Shown here one piece after another: positions 48,367-58,697 of a stretch of 64,000 bases of DNA. The stretch spans positions 608,001 through 672,000 of the forward strand of contig CAXXNF010000002.1 in assembly GCA_963666365.2 (NCBI GenBank), in the 5' to 3' direction. The first letter of the stretch is position 1; each line of letters begins with the position of its first letter. The position numbers and the translations under genes are program-made. A model generated the notes under the pieces. The model ran no database searches and had not been told where the DNA came from. It worked only from the letters and a program-made list of their open reading frames with translations. The stretch is from Syntrophales bacterium. Its GTDB lineage: Bacteria; Desulfobacterota; Syntrophia; Syntrophales; UBA2210.

Positions 48367-49587
48367 TTATAGTGAATCCGTTGTATCCTCAGCACCATTC
48401 CCATCGGACGCTGCCACTGCAACGTCCCCGTGCTGTCGTTTTATGTCTTCTATCTTTCGCAATTGCCGTTCCAGTTGGTATCGTCGCGTCGATGTCAGAT
48501 TATTATATTCTCTCTGTGTTTCTTCGATCCTTTTTCCCAGTTTATCAAAGGAGGAGACGAACGCAATCCATTGTTTTTTAAAGCTCTCCAAAAGTGTCAT
48601 TATCTCTGACGCCTTTTGCTCGAGGTTGAAATTTTCAGTCGCCTGCCTGATAACGGCAAGAATAGCATAGAGCGTAATGGGAGAAGAAAGGATTACCTTC
48701 TGCTTCAGCGCATCGTCGATCAATGATGCGTCCTGTTCACACAAAAAGGTATAGACATGTTCATTCGGAATAAACACGATTACATAATCGACCGTATGTT
48801 CTTCCGGGTTGATATATTCCCTGGAGGTAACCTCCCGGATACGATTGCGGGCATCTTTCAAAAATTGATGTTTCCTTCTCTCTCTTTCCATATCATTCTG
48901 GGCCTCAAGAATACGCAGATAATTATCCAGGGGAAACTTTACATCCATGTTGATGCGGAGACGCTGAGGAAGCAGGAATGTGTAGTCAGGCCGGCTTCCG
49001 TCGGAATCCAGTCGTTTCTGCTTGACATAATTGATCCCCTCAATAAACCCCGCTATTCTCAGCACGTCCTCCGCCATGCGTTCTCCCCACTGACCGCGAA
49101 TCTTTGTATTCGAGAGCGCCTGCTGCAATTTGAACGTTACATCCTGCAATCGAGCGGTTCCTTCAGTTGCCGTTTTCAACTGCTGGGCAAGCTCAGCAAA
49201 TTTCTGTTCTCTATCCTTTTCAAGGGTGTGCACCATATCGTGAACCCTGTTCAAATCGCCTCGCATTACCTGAAGTGTATGATCTATGAGATGTTTCCTT
49301 TCATCAAGATCTCTTTGTCCCGATTGCGTTTGCTTTTGCAGTAGTTCATTCGCAATTTTAAGAAATTCACCACTGTTCCGCGCAAGCGCCCTATAGGATA
49401 ATTCCCCGAAAGAATCCTTTACCGCATTCATGAAAAGTTCCAAGTTCCGGTTTTTCTCGTAGTCACTCTGAAAGAGCAGGTTTTTAAGAACGGTGTCTGC
49501 ATCCTTTTGCTTCAGTCGGGTTATGAGAAGGGTCAAAAGAATTCCGAAGGCGATGCCGGCTGCAAATTGATAAAGCGGTTCCATCAT
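48367..49587 (-). CDS. rmuC: DNA recombination protein RmuC
   Basis: N-terminal TM, coiled coil, RGQWGE, RPD, DVKFP, FIPNE. Confidence 0.93.
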   Translation of the reverse strand: MMEPLYQFAAGIAFGILLTLLITRLKQKDADTVLKNLLFQSDYEKNRNLELFMNAVKDSFGELSYRALARNSGEFLKIANELLQKQTQSGQRDLDERKHLIDHTLQVMRGDLNRVHDMVHTLEKDREQKFAELAQQLKTATEGTARLQDVTFKLQQALSNTKIRGQWGERMAEDVLRIAGFIEGINYVKQKRLDSDGSRPDYTFLLPQRLRINMDVKFPLDNYLRILEAQNDMERERRKHQFLKDARNRIREVTSREYINPEEHTVDYVIVFIPNEHVYTFLCEQDASLIDDALKQKVILSSPITLYAILAVIRQATENFNLEQKASEIMTLLESFKKQWIAFVSSFDKLGKRIEETQREYNNLTSTRRYQLERQLRKIEDIKRQHGDVAVAASDGNGAEDTTDSL

Positions 49588-49630
49588 AGAGTTGAGTTCT
49601 CCTCGTTTTCAGCCGCCACGCGGTGCGCGT

Positions 49631-50386
49631 CTATTCGCCTTCCTTTACACCGCCTGATAGTTCAGCAGTAGTTCCTAATAGAGGCATTCTTTTCATGTCG
49701 CACAGAATCTTTTCTTTCCTTGAAAAGACCCAGTCGTTCAAATCCACTGGAGACCAGCGGTAAGGACTTGGGAGGATTGCCGCCAGTGCGGCCGATTCTT
49801 CAGCAGAAAGGAATTTGGCCTGGGTGCGAAAATATTTTTTTGCCGCTGCTTCGGCCCCAATTACCCCACTGCCCCAGTCAACGGTATTCAGGTACACTTC
49901 AAGAATTCGCTCTTTGTCCCAAAACAGTTCAATAAGAATAGTGTAATAGGCCTCTAATAGTTTTCGCAGAAGCGTTCTCTCAGACCAGAGAAAGAGCGAT
50001 CGCGCTGCCTGCATGGAAATGGTGCTGGCTCCCCGAATCCTTTTTGTTTCCATGAGATTCTTTATCGCCTCTCTGAATTCAATCAAATCAAACCCGCGAT
50101 GACGTAAAAACCGCTGATCTTCTCCGGCAAGCACTGCTTGACGAAGATGGGGGGAAATATCATCGAGATCACGCCATTGATATGAAGGAGAGCGATAGTA
50201 TCGTGTGCCCGTTTTTTGATGTACCCAGCCCCTTAACATGCTGAAGGTGAAGGGCGGATTGACGTATTTGACAAGTACTACTTCACCTACTGAAACAAAA
50301 AATATCACTACAAAGAAAAGGGAAAGAACTGTCAGCACTCCCCCTATTATCCGCCTTCCCCTTTTGTTTCGTGAGGTACTGGCCAT
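49631..50386 (-). CDS. mtgA: Monofunctional peptidoglycan transglycosylase
   Basis: EDQRF..H.GFD, GASTISMQ, RKLLE, ILEVYLN, LPSP. Confidence 0.93.
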   Translation of the reverse strand: MASTSRNKRGRRIIGGVLTVLSLFFVVIFFVSVGEVVLVKYVNPPFTFSMLRGWVHQKTGTRYYRSPSYQWRDLDDISPHLRQAVLAGEDQRFLRHRGFDLIEFREAIKNLMETKRIRGASTISMQAARSLFLWSERTLLRKLLEAYYTILIELFWDKERILEVYLNTVDWGSGVIGAEAAAKKYFRTQAKFLSAEESAALAAILPSPYRWSPVDLNDWVFSRKEKILCDMKRMPLLGTTAELSGGVKEGE

Positions 50387-50456
50387 ATTCAGCCTTTACT
50401 TATTATAAAAAAGCACGCTGATCATTATGGGATGTCGGCTATGCAGTCCCTGCGGT

Positions 50457-51659
50457 CTACTTTTTCGACAACTTGCTTTTGAGGATGTCACCCAGTGTGC
50501 CCATCGAAGTCGTGGTGTTGTCCCTATAGGTACTGAACTGTTCTTTTAATTCCTCTTCAGTCGTAGTTGTCGTATGCTGATCGGAAAAGCGCAACGATAT
50601 CCGCTTATGTTCCCTATCGACCCGTTCCACCACAACGGAAACAGCCTGTTTTAATTCAAGGACATCCGACGGGTGTTTAATTTTTTTCCCCTTCCCTATC
50701 TGAGATATGTGCACGAGACCATCAATTCCCGGTTCCAGCGTTACAAAGGCGCCAAATTTTGTTAATCTGACTATCTCTCCTGAATGCACTGAACCTTCAG
50801 GATATTTTTTCTCAACCTCTTCCCACGGATCGGGCATGGTTGCTTTCAGACTTAACGATATTCTCTCACGTTCCCAGTCGATGGCAATAATTTTGACGGC
50901 AATTTGTTCACCGACAGAGAGAATTTCATTGATGTCATCTACCCTCCCCCAGCCTATTTCGGACACAGGAAGTAATCCCTGCAGTGCCCCTAAATCGATA
51001 AAGGCGCCGAAATTTCTGATGGACGCCACATTCCCCTTTACCATCATATCCTCGTAAAGAATCTCTTTCAGGGCTTCCTTTTCCTTCTTTTTTTCTGCTT
51101 CAATGATCGGACGCCTGGACAGAACGACGTTGCGTCCTTTATCGCCAAATTCTATTATCGCAAACTGGAGACGTCGTCCCACATAGTCAGCCCCGGTTTC
51201 GTTTTTGTCAATACAGGTCTGTGAATAGGGGCAAAATGCGCGGAAAGAACCGGCAATCTTCACTTCAAAACCACCCTTGACTTCTTTCTCAATGGTACCC
51301 TCGACGGGGATTTCATTTTTGAATGCCTCTTCAAGATGATCACCTGCCATGGGTGTATTGCCCAATTTTGTAGTAAAAAGCTTTTCACTATTTTTCGACG
51401 ACAGGAAGTAGACCGTAATGGTGTCCCCTTCCATCACGGAGAGGTTTCCCTCTTCATCGGTTAATTCAGTTCTATCGATATATCCCTCGCTTTTTTCGGA
51501 GAGATCTATGAAGATCCATTCATCCGTTATTTTAACTATCTTCGCGTCGATCTTCTCGCCCGGTCTCAACCGTCGTGCATCAAATTCGTAGGCATCCATC
51601 ATTTCCTGAAAGGTAATACCGTCTTCTTCTACATCACCCCTGTAGTTCTTATCCGTCAT
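50457..51659 (-). CDS. Ribosomal protein S1-like protein with four S1 domains
   Basis: KSEG, GGF.V..AFCP.SQ, FGAF..LG..GL, FGAFV.L..GIDGLVHISQ; 400 aa. Confidence 0.88.
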   Translation of the reverse strand: MTDKNYRGDVEEDGITFQEMMDAYEFDARRLRPGEKIDAKIVKITDEWIFIDLSEKSEGYIDRTELTDEEGNLSVMEGDTITVYFLSSKNSEKLFTTKLGNTPMAGDHLEEAFKNEIPVEGTIEKEVKGGFEVKIAGSFRAFCPYSQTCIDKNETGADYVGRRLQFAIIEFGDKGRNVVLSRRPIIEAEKKKEKEALKEILYEDMMVKGNVASIRNFGAFIDLGALQGLLPVSEIGWGRVDDINEILSVGEQIAVKIIAIDWERERISLSLKATMPDPWEEVEKKYPEGSVHSGEIVRLTKFGAFVTLEPGIDGLVHISQIGKGKKIKHPSDVLELKQAVSVVVERVDREHKRISLRFSDQHTTTTTEEELKEQFSTYRDNTTTSMGTLGDILKSKLSKK

Positions 51660-51924
51660 AGTTACCCCGCAAATTATTCAATGTTTCCTTGAACAGGTGG
51701 GCTCTATTTACCGTCTTCAAGGAATAAGCACAAGCACAATTATTTTACTTTCTTCTTCCCCGTCCATATTTATAATGCATAAAAGAGTGAATCTCGTTAT
51801 AATGCCTGGAGAAAATAAGCAAATGGTTCAAAGGGGAGGCATTGAGTGAATTCGTTTCAATGTTCTGCATCAGCCTTCTCCCCACATATGCCCTCAGCCT
51901 GAATATTTTTGCAAAGGAACCTAC

Positions 51925-53262
51925 ATGTCCGACCGGGAAACACTGTATTCGAAAATCGTCATGTTTTTTACACATGGAATATGGCATATCCGTCTGGACG
52001 AACTTTCTCTCAGTAAATCCTTTTTGATCAGAACTTTGCGAATATTATTTCTCACGGTTAAGGGTTTCGATGAAAATAGTTGTTTTTTAAGGGCTTCGGC
52101 ACTCACTTTTTTTACTTTAATATCGATTGTGCCTCTTGCTGCCATGTTTTTCGGTATCGCCAAAGGGTTTGGTCTTGAGAAAATTCTTCAAGAACGACTC
52201 ATGGAGCAGTTTACGGCACATGAAAATGTAGTGATTGCAGTTATAAATTTTTCCGATTCGCTTCTCAAGAACACTCGTGGAGGAATACTTGCCGGAATAG
52301 GCGTGATTGTTCTCTTCTGGGCTGCGCTTAAAGTGTTGGGCCACATTGAACAATCCTTTAACGCTGTATGGGGAATCAAAAACTCACGGACGCTTGCGAG
52401 AAAACTCAGCGACTATCTCTCGATTATGGTCCTCTGCCCGATTCTTATCATTCTTTCCAGCAGCCTCAATGTATTTTTAACGGCTCAAGTCGCGGTAATT
52501 GCGGAAAAGATAGCGCTGGTTTCTCTTGTCAGTCCCATCCTGCTCTCTTTACTGAAACTCTTTCCCTATTTTATCATCTGGATTCTTTTTACGTTTGTGT
52601 ACATGTTCGCCCCTAATACGAAGGTTAATTTTGTTTCTGCGCTTACCGCAGGAATCATCGGGGGCACAATGTATCAATTCGCCCAGCTGGCATTCATTGC
52701 CTTTCAAATAGGTACGGCAAATTACAATGCAATTTATGGAAGTTTCGCGGCGCTTCCGCTTTTTCTGACGTGGATGCAGTTGAGTTGGATCATTGTTCTT
52801 TTCGGCGCCGAGCTGTCATTCGCGCATCAAAATGTCCATACTTACGAATTCGAGGCGGAAGCAGCAGGTATTAGTGATGAATTAAAAAAAATAATTTCAC
52901 TGCGAGTATGTCAATATATTATCAAGCGTTTTGCAGAGGGAGAACAGCCGGCAACAGCCCCCATTGTGTCTAACGATCTGGAGATCCCCTCCCGTCTGGT
53001 CCAGACTGTCCTATATGACTTAGTGGAAAGTTCCGTTCTTTCAAAGGTATACACAAACTCCGACAACGAACCGGCGTATCAGCCGGCAAGGGACCTCAAT
53101 CAGATAACCGTGCAATTTGTGATGGATGCATTGGATCGAAAAGGCGCCGACAACATCCACATCGTAAAAACGGAAGAACTGGAGCACATTTTTGCGTCAG
53201 TAAGAAAGCTCAAAGAAGCGGCTGCGCAATCTCCTGCAAATGAACGCCTTGTGGACATATGA
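51925..53262 (+). CDS. YihY/BrkB family membrane protein with C-terminal wHTH
   Basis: ASALTFFTL.SIVP, IE.SFN.VW, Y.AIYGSFAALP, FGAE. Confidence 0.9.
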   Translation: MSDRETLYSKIVMFFTHGIWHIRLDELSLSKSFLIRTLRILFLTVKGFDENSCFLRASALTFFTLISIVPLAAMFFGIAKGFGLEKILQERLMEQFTAHENVVIAVINFSDSLLKNTRGGILAGIGVIVLFWAALKVLGHIEQSFNAVWGIKNSRTLARKLSDYLSIMVLCPILIILSSSLNVFLTAQVAVIAEKIALVSLVSPILLSLLKLFPYFIIWILFTFVYMFAPNTKVNFVSALTAGIIGGTMYQFAQLAFIAFQIGTANYNAIYGSFAALPLFLTWMQLSWIIVLFGAELSFAHQNVHTYEFEAEAAGISDELKKIISLRVCQYIIKRFAEGEQPATAPIVSNDLEIPSRLVQTVLYDLVESSVLSKVYTNSDNEPAYQPARDLNQITVQFVMDALDRKGADNIHIVKTEELEHIFASVRKLKEAAAQSPANERLVDI

Positions 53263-53312
53263 AGGTAAAGATTTATGGCGCAACCGAAGAGCCCACGATG
53301 ATACTATTTTAC

Positions 53313-53606
53313 TTACATCTCTTTCAATTCGCCTATCAGTTTGTCAAACTCATCCACATTTACAACCGGCGATGTGGTAAAATTGATGCCCGTTAATTGG
53401 TGAAGGGCAACAGAAACTTTCATTGCACTTTGTACATCAGGCAAATCTACTATAAAAATAAGGTCATGTTCGCCAAGCAGCGAATACATCGACTTTATTT
53501 CTCCCCCATACTTTTCAATAATTTTGACAGCTTTTTTTGTTCTCTCCTTGCTTATTTCCCTTGCCGATTCTTTTGTATACTTTCCAAACATAAAAAATAC
53601 TGACAT
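53313..53606 (-). CDS. GYD domain protein
   Basis: GGEIKSMYSLLGEHDL; AAGGAGG RBS before ATG 53606. Confidence 0.85.
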   Translation of the reverse strand: MSVFFMFGKYTKESAREISKERTKKAVKIIEKYGGEIKSMYSLLGEHDLIFIVDLPDVQSAMKVSVALHQLTGINFTTSPVVNVDEFDKLIGELKEM

Positions 53607-53639
53607 GACTGACCGCCTCCTTTCTGCCCTATGCACCCT

Positions 53640-53960
53640 TCAACCGGATCCGGAGACCAGCAAGTGCCATTCGGAATCGGGGTCGCGAATTTCCGCATTT
53701 ATATATTTTCTTTTTTCCCAGATGTGATTCGCTATTTCTATGCCGGATTTTATTTCCGCATCGTCAAGGCCGGGGATTAATGAGTTGATCGAGCATATAT
53801 TGGATCGGTTGTTGCAGGTGATGGTGTTGAAACTGCCTTCCATGCCACCCACAAGGGGGACAAAATAATAAAATACTTTTTCCGACTTTTTTATTCTGGA
53901 TGCAAGAAAGCGGGCATCTCTTTTTGTCCTTATTTGAAATAATTTATGTTTGCCTTTCAT
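53640..53960 (-). CDS. Hypothetical protein
   Basis: 106-aa ORF with G-rich RBS, co-oriented with the GYD gene. Confidence 0.6.
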   Translation of the reverse strand: MKGKHKLFQIRTKRDARFLASRIKKSEKVFYYFVPLVGGMEGSFNTITCNNRSNICSINSLIPGLDDAEIKSGIEIANHIWEKRKYINAEIRDPDSEWHLLVSGSG

Positions 53961-54383
53961 TGCAGCCCCCCTTTATGCGCTGATGGCGCCTTCTATCACT
54001 GCACGTTTCGGCTCAGGCGTGTTAAATACTTTTAGCGTCTCACGACTTATATGGGCGACGCCGGTAAAAGACGGCATCTATTGATTGTAGACATTTTCTG
54101 GAATCCGCTTCACACCCCCAGACAGAAAGGAAAATACCGCAGGTCCTGGCTGTGCTTTGCCATGCCGCCGATATGAGCAGGGTCCGAATCAACTATTGTA
54201 GGGATGAGAGCTGTTTTTTATGTATTCAACTAATAACGCAGCCCAAACACGCATTCATCGAGAACAGAATGATGTTGTTTTGAGATTTGAAGTATGACAG
54301 CATAAAATCGAACCGTCAAGAACTTTTGTTTAACGGCTTCATGAAAGCATGCATCATCTTTTTCAGTGCCTGATATTCATAAT

Positions 54384-54422
54384 AAAGAACGGTACCCGCA
54401 CACTCCACGGGTACCGCTCTTG
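54384..54422 (-). terminator. Intrinsic terminator
   Basis: CGGTACCCG-N9-CGGGTACCG stem just downstream of the stop at 54452. Confidence 0.6.
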
Positions 54423-54451
54423 TCTGACAGTTTGTAATGTATGCTTCTCTC

Positions 54452-55807
54452 TTACTTTTTACACCGCTCAAGATCAGCCGGAGGCGCCGGAATGGCATAT
54501 TCGGCCGGAATCACGACAGGCTTCCCGGGAGCTGCACCATCCTCATAATATTTGTTGGGAAATACATATTCCGCAACATAGACATCGCGAACCATCTGAT
54601 GGTCGCAGGCACGCATATGGACCATGCCGTTCAGTGCCTTATAGGTGTCCCCTTCCCAGGTCTGGATAATCTTTTCCGGATCAGTGCTGCCGGCGCGCTC
54701 CAACACATCCCACATCCAGTAACCCATCACCAGTGTTTTGGCACCGGCCCCGATAGGCCATGCCCACATAATGGTGTCGTAGGGCGCTTTCCAGTTTTTC
54801 CAGGTGTTGTGCCAAATCTCAATGAACTTTTCCATCTCCGGTGTGCCGATAGTGGCATGATGATCATTGAGGTTGACCATCCCCTTCGAACCTTCACCTC
54901 CGACCGCACAAAGGGTGGCCGGCGCGTCCATGTAAATATTGGCGAAGGGAAGTTTGCAACCCATCTGCCGAGACTGTATCAGCAGATTCTGCGCATCGGG
55001 CGACCAGTCTCCCGTGAAGATCACTTCAGCACCGGAAGCCTGGATTTTCGTGATGTAGGGAGCGAAATCCTTGATGAAGAGAGGGTGAAAATCCTCTCCC
55101 ACAAGCTCAGCTCCCGGCTTATATTTTTTCAATGCCTCTCTGAAGGCATCGGCCATGATGTGACCATAGGAATAATCCTGATTCAGAATATAAAATTTAT
55201 TTTCCGGCCGCTTTGAATAATAATAGGCCATGCCCATGCCGATAGATTTTGTAGTGATGGTGGTTCTGAAAACGTAGCGATTGAAATTTTTCGCATCCAT
55301 CAATGCATCGGAAAGCGACATGGGGTTCATGAAAATTGTTTTATATTTTTCCGCCACCTGCTGCACAATCAATGTCAGGTGACTTCCCGCAGTGCCGAAG
55401 AGAAGATCCACTTTGTCCTCGAGACAGAGCTTCTCCGTAATTTTCTTACAGACTGCCGGTTTGGCCTGGCTGTCGCCTTTTATAACGGCGATCAGTTTCT
55501 TCTTGCCGTCCACCATGATGCCGCCCCGCTTATTGTAATCATAGGCGAGCCAGGCATTGACCAACCAGTAAATCTGTCCATTGAATGCCCCGGGGCCTGA
55601 AAACGCTTCAACGACTCCTATTTTGATGACATCGCCTTTGGGATTCTCAAAGGTGGTAGGATCATACCCCGACATGTTGGACATTTTATTTATGTCAAAC
55701 GCCGGCATGGCCGCATATGCGCTCTGCATTCCGATGAGGGCCACACAGATGGCGCACGCACAGATCAAACTAACTACCTTGACACTTCCTTTCAACAACA
55801 CACCCAT
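54452..55807 (-). CDS. LivK-like ABC substrate-binding protein (close paralogue of 9215-10570)
   Basis: IKIGVVEAFSGP, KGDSQAKPA, KDFAPYITKI, MRACDHQ. Confidence 0.9.
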   Translation of the reverse strand: MGVLLKGSVKVVSLICACAICVALIGMQSAYAAMPAFDINKMSNMSGYDPTTFENPKGDVIKIGVVEAFSGPGAFNGQIYWLVNAWLAYDYNKRGGIMVDGKKKLIAVIKGDSQAKPAVCKKITEKLCLEDKVDLLFGTAGSHLTLIVQQVAEKYKTIFMNPMSLSDALMDAKNFNRYVFRTTITTKSIGMGMAYYYSKRPENKFYILNQDYSYGHIMADAFREALKKYKPGAELVGEDFHPLFIKDFAPYITKIQASGAEVIFTGDWSPDAQNLLIQSRQMGCKLPFANIYMDAPATLCAVGGEGSKGMVNLNDHHATIGTPEMEKFIEIWHNTWKNWKAPYDTIMWAWPIGAGAKTLVMGYWMWDVLERAGSTDPEKIIQTWEGDTYKALNGMVHMRACDHQMVRDVYVAEYVFPNKYYEDGAAPGKPVVIPAEYAIPAPPADLERCKK

Positions 55808-56185
55808 TCCTTTCTCCTTTCACGCAATTTGGATTTATAGTACTGCAATTTTTTTTAAATTGCAAAATACTCGTTTCGGCATATGTCACTCAATTCACAT
55901 AATACTTCTCATTCCTAAGTAAAATCCTCTCCGTCAATGAGAATGAAACTGATATTGCCATCCATCAGCGTACAAGTGTATGAGGGAATTTTTGTAGAAT
56001 GATAATAGGGCAAAAGCGTATTTTGATGATTCGAAAAACCCTAGGACGTCTAAGTAATATATGAGAACGGCTAAAGTGTAGCGCTGACGATGTAGGTCAG
56101 CCCAAATGCACGCCCTTTTTTGAGTTGTGTGTACCTGCTGTGTGTTGTATACATGATTTCCAGGCACATATGATTGGGAGGAATA

Positions 56186-56536
56186 ATGTCAGATAAGGTA
56201 GAATTAGGGAAAAGCGGATACCGCGATTTTCAGAGCGCCCTGGACTCAGTTGGCGCCGATGCGATGGAACAGGCCATAGACACGGCATTTAAACAGCTTA
56301 TGGCAGAAGGAGGAGAAGAATCCTCGGGCACGAAGCCTGAAGCAGAGGAGAGTATTTCTTCGATTCCCGGCAGTATGCTGAAGCAACTATCAATAGAAGC
56401 GATGGAACAGGTCGTTGCCGAAGCTTTCAGCGGTGCAACCGGCGAGTGTTATCGTTGCGCAATAAAAGGCATCTATTTTGATGCAGCGGAGAACGTACAG
56501 TTCAATCTCACACTTACCGTCGCCAGTAAGCAATAG
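56186..56536 (+). CDS. Acidic hypothetical protein with internal repeat
   Basis: GGGAGG RBS; AMEQ.....AF motif occurs twice. Confidence 0.65.
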   Translation: MSDKVELGKSGYRDFQSALDSVGADAMEQAIDTAFKQLMAEGGEESSGTKPEAEESISSIPGSMLKQLSIEAMEQVVAEAFSGATGECYRCAIKGIYFDAAENVQFNLTLTVASKQ

Positions 56537-56568
56537 ATATGCCATAAACGGGGTCACTGTGGAAAGGG

Positions 56569-56620
56569 GCACATCAGCTCATGAATAAGCGCTGATTCTT
56601 ACCTACATGAGCTGATGTGC
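56569..56620. repeat. 15-bp perfect inverted repeat between convergent genes
   Basis: GCACATCAGCTCATG-N22-CATGAGCTGATGTGC. Confidence 0.75.
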
Positions 56621-56719
56621 ACACAGACAGATGGGATTCATTGTGGAGATGACTATTCAAACCTTCTGTCGCAATTGCAATAATACACCATAAAAAGCAT
56701 GATATGATCGATCTATTGT

Positions 56720-57538
56720 CTATCCGAGCTGGGCCATTTTTTTAGTAATATTCGCAATGGTGAGTTCGAACATCAATTGTTTTCCCACGGATTCCGTTGG
56801 AGCGAACCGGCGAACGAAATCAATTTCCTCATCCGATGGATGCTCGGTTTCTTCCAGATCCGATGCTACCTTGAGTTCCCAGGGAATATCTTTCTTCACC
56901 GCCTCTACAGACACGCCGGGGTGAATTTTTGCCAGGTACATCTCTTTTGTTTCAGGATCGAACTCAAAAATGCCTTTTGTGCTGATTAATTTGCTTGGTC
57001 CCGATCCCTGGGGAAAATGACCGCTTTTGTCCCGGGCATCTCCACCTTCCAGATAGCCTGGCGAGGTCCTGTAGAGCAATGTATCGACAAACTGCCCTCC
57101 CCTCATCGTAAGCACCGTTTTTTTTGCATAGGATATAAAATCGGCGGCGCCTCCCGAACCGGGCAGGCGGAGTTGAGGCTTATAATAATCGCCAATCACC
57201 GTGGTGTTCAGGTTGCCGAATTTATCAACCTGAGCAACGCCGAGAAAGCACACGTCTACATAGCCCTTGTAGGTCATGGTAAAAGCCGAAAACAGATCGG
57301 TGGAACAGGAAAATCCTCGGCAGGACAAACAATCCGCAATATGGTTCAAAGGAACCGTCGGTTCGAAATCAATGATCCCCGATTCCATCATTAGATTTGC
57401 GTGTGGTGCATAGAGGGCCTTGGCCAGGGCGCCGGATGTCATAGGAAGCCCCACACCTAAAATAATATTTTCAAAATCATGTATTTCCTTCGCAATCGTA
57501 ATGATCAGCAGTTCATTGAGCGTATAGGGCTTACTCAT
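56720..57538 (-). CDS. Family I CoA-transferase beta subunit (glutaconate/3-oxoadipate CoA-transferase-like)
   Basis: GVGLP, MESG (catalytic Glu position), AQVDKFGNLN, RLPGSGG. Confidence 0.88.
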   Translation of the reverse strand: MSKPYTLNELLIITIAKEIHDFENIILGVGLPMTSGALAKALYAPHANLMMESGIIDFEPTVPLNHIADCLSCRGFSCSTDLFSAFTMTYKGYVDVCFLGVAQVDKFGNLNTTVIGDYYKPQLRLPGSGGAADFISYAKKTVLTMRGGQFVDTLLYRTSPGYLEGGDARDKSGHFPQGSGPSKLISTKGIFEFDPETKEMYLAKIHPGVSVEAVKKDIPWELKVASDLEETEHPSDEEIDFVRRFAPTESVGKQLMFELTIANITKKMAQLG

Positions 57539-58577
57539 AAAGCACCCCCTTCTCTTTCATTATTGTTTCCATTTCTTCCAATGTTACACCCATGGTGCGT
57601 TCCCGTCCACGCTCATCCCATGCTGATGTAAAGGCCGCGCCGTAATTGGCCGGTGCTGAATAAAAAGCGCGCGCCTTAATGGAATTCAAGGGATCGAGGC
57701 CAAATTTATCGATGTAATGTCTGATGTACGCGTTATGATCCTTGCACCCGTACACCCATTCATCCATCCATGCTTTGGTGCCTGCATCAGTTTTCAGGGC
57801 TGTCATGAATACGGCAAGCATCAGGCGGTCCCAGTTATAATATCCGACTACATCTGAAGGATGGGCCCCCCAGGGCATTTCCACCACGGCATCGACCCTG
57901 TAGGCCGGAATAATTGTAAAGTGCGGCGATGCCTGAATTACGTCGTGTTCCACAATTTCTTCACAGGAAACGACAATACGTTTGCTGCAAAGCGCTGCCG
58001 CCTGAACACTGCCCATGGCGCCCCAGTATTGGGCATTGCCGTATTTATCGGCGCGCGGGACATGAATGACGCACACATCCGGGTTCGCTGCCGGCACAAG
58101 CACAATATCCTTGCCTGTGAAAGGGCATTCGATCACCTTGTACTTGTTTTCACCCATAAAACCTCGTTTTTCAAAGAGATCAGTATGCATGATACCCTCG
58201 AATACGGGCATAAAGGTGAATCCGTGCATCCCCGCCATAAGGCGGGCATTGTAATTGTAGTTTGTGTAATCTTCAAGTTCCAACGTCCCGTTTTTCCAGG
58301 CACGCCCCACGGCGGAACCGCCCTCATCACCTCCGGCATTGAGGACATAGGCGGTGACCAGGCGATCTACACAGCCTCCGGCGACCAGAACCTCATCAAT
58401 CAGATGACCCGATTGTGAGTTGTGAGTGAGCCCCTTTTTCTTCTGCCGCACAATCTCATTCATGAGACCGCAGGCCATGCAGAGCGTATAGTTGCCGATT
58501 ATCAGCTCATCACCATCATGCACAAACTCGCTGATGGCTTCCTGAGCATTCATTCTCTTGTCCACTCGTTTTTCCAT
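57531..58577 (-). CDS. Family I CoA-transferase alpha subunit (GctA/PcaI-like)
   Basis: EAISEFV.DGD, CPFTG, PA.NPDV.VIH..RAD.YGN, PWGAHP. Confidence 0.88.
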   Translation of the reverse strand: MEKRVDKRMNAQEAISEFVHDGDELIIGNYTLCMACGLMNEIVRQKKKGLTHNSQSGHLIDEVLVAGGCVDRLVTAYVLNAGGDEGGSAVGRAWKNGTLELEDYTNYNYNARLMAGMHGFTFMPVFEGIMHTDLFEKRGFMGENKYKVIECPFTGKDIVLVPAANPDVCVIHVPRADKYGNAQYWGAMGSVQAAALCSKRIVVSCEEIVEHDVIQASPHFTIIPAYRVDAVVEMPWGAHPSDVVGYYNWDRLMLAVFMTALKTDAGTKAWMDEWVYGCKDHNAYIRHYIDKFGLDPLNSIKARAFYSAPANYGAAFTSAWDERGRERTMGVTLEEMETIMKEKGVLYE

Positions 58578-58697
58578 CTGTAGTATCTCCTTCGAATTGA
58601 CACCCTTTATAGCGTTTAACGAGTACGTATACTTAATAATTCATATTCGGGCAATCAGTTTCTTTCTTATTTTTGACGTCTAAAAAACTGATTTTCA

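Noticed and set aside
53961..54380. Long intergenic region as a possible riboswitch or sRNA
   Set aside because: Only scattered short motifs and small hairpins; no full consensus by eye. An Rfam/Infernal scan would be needed.
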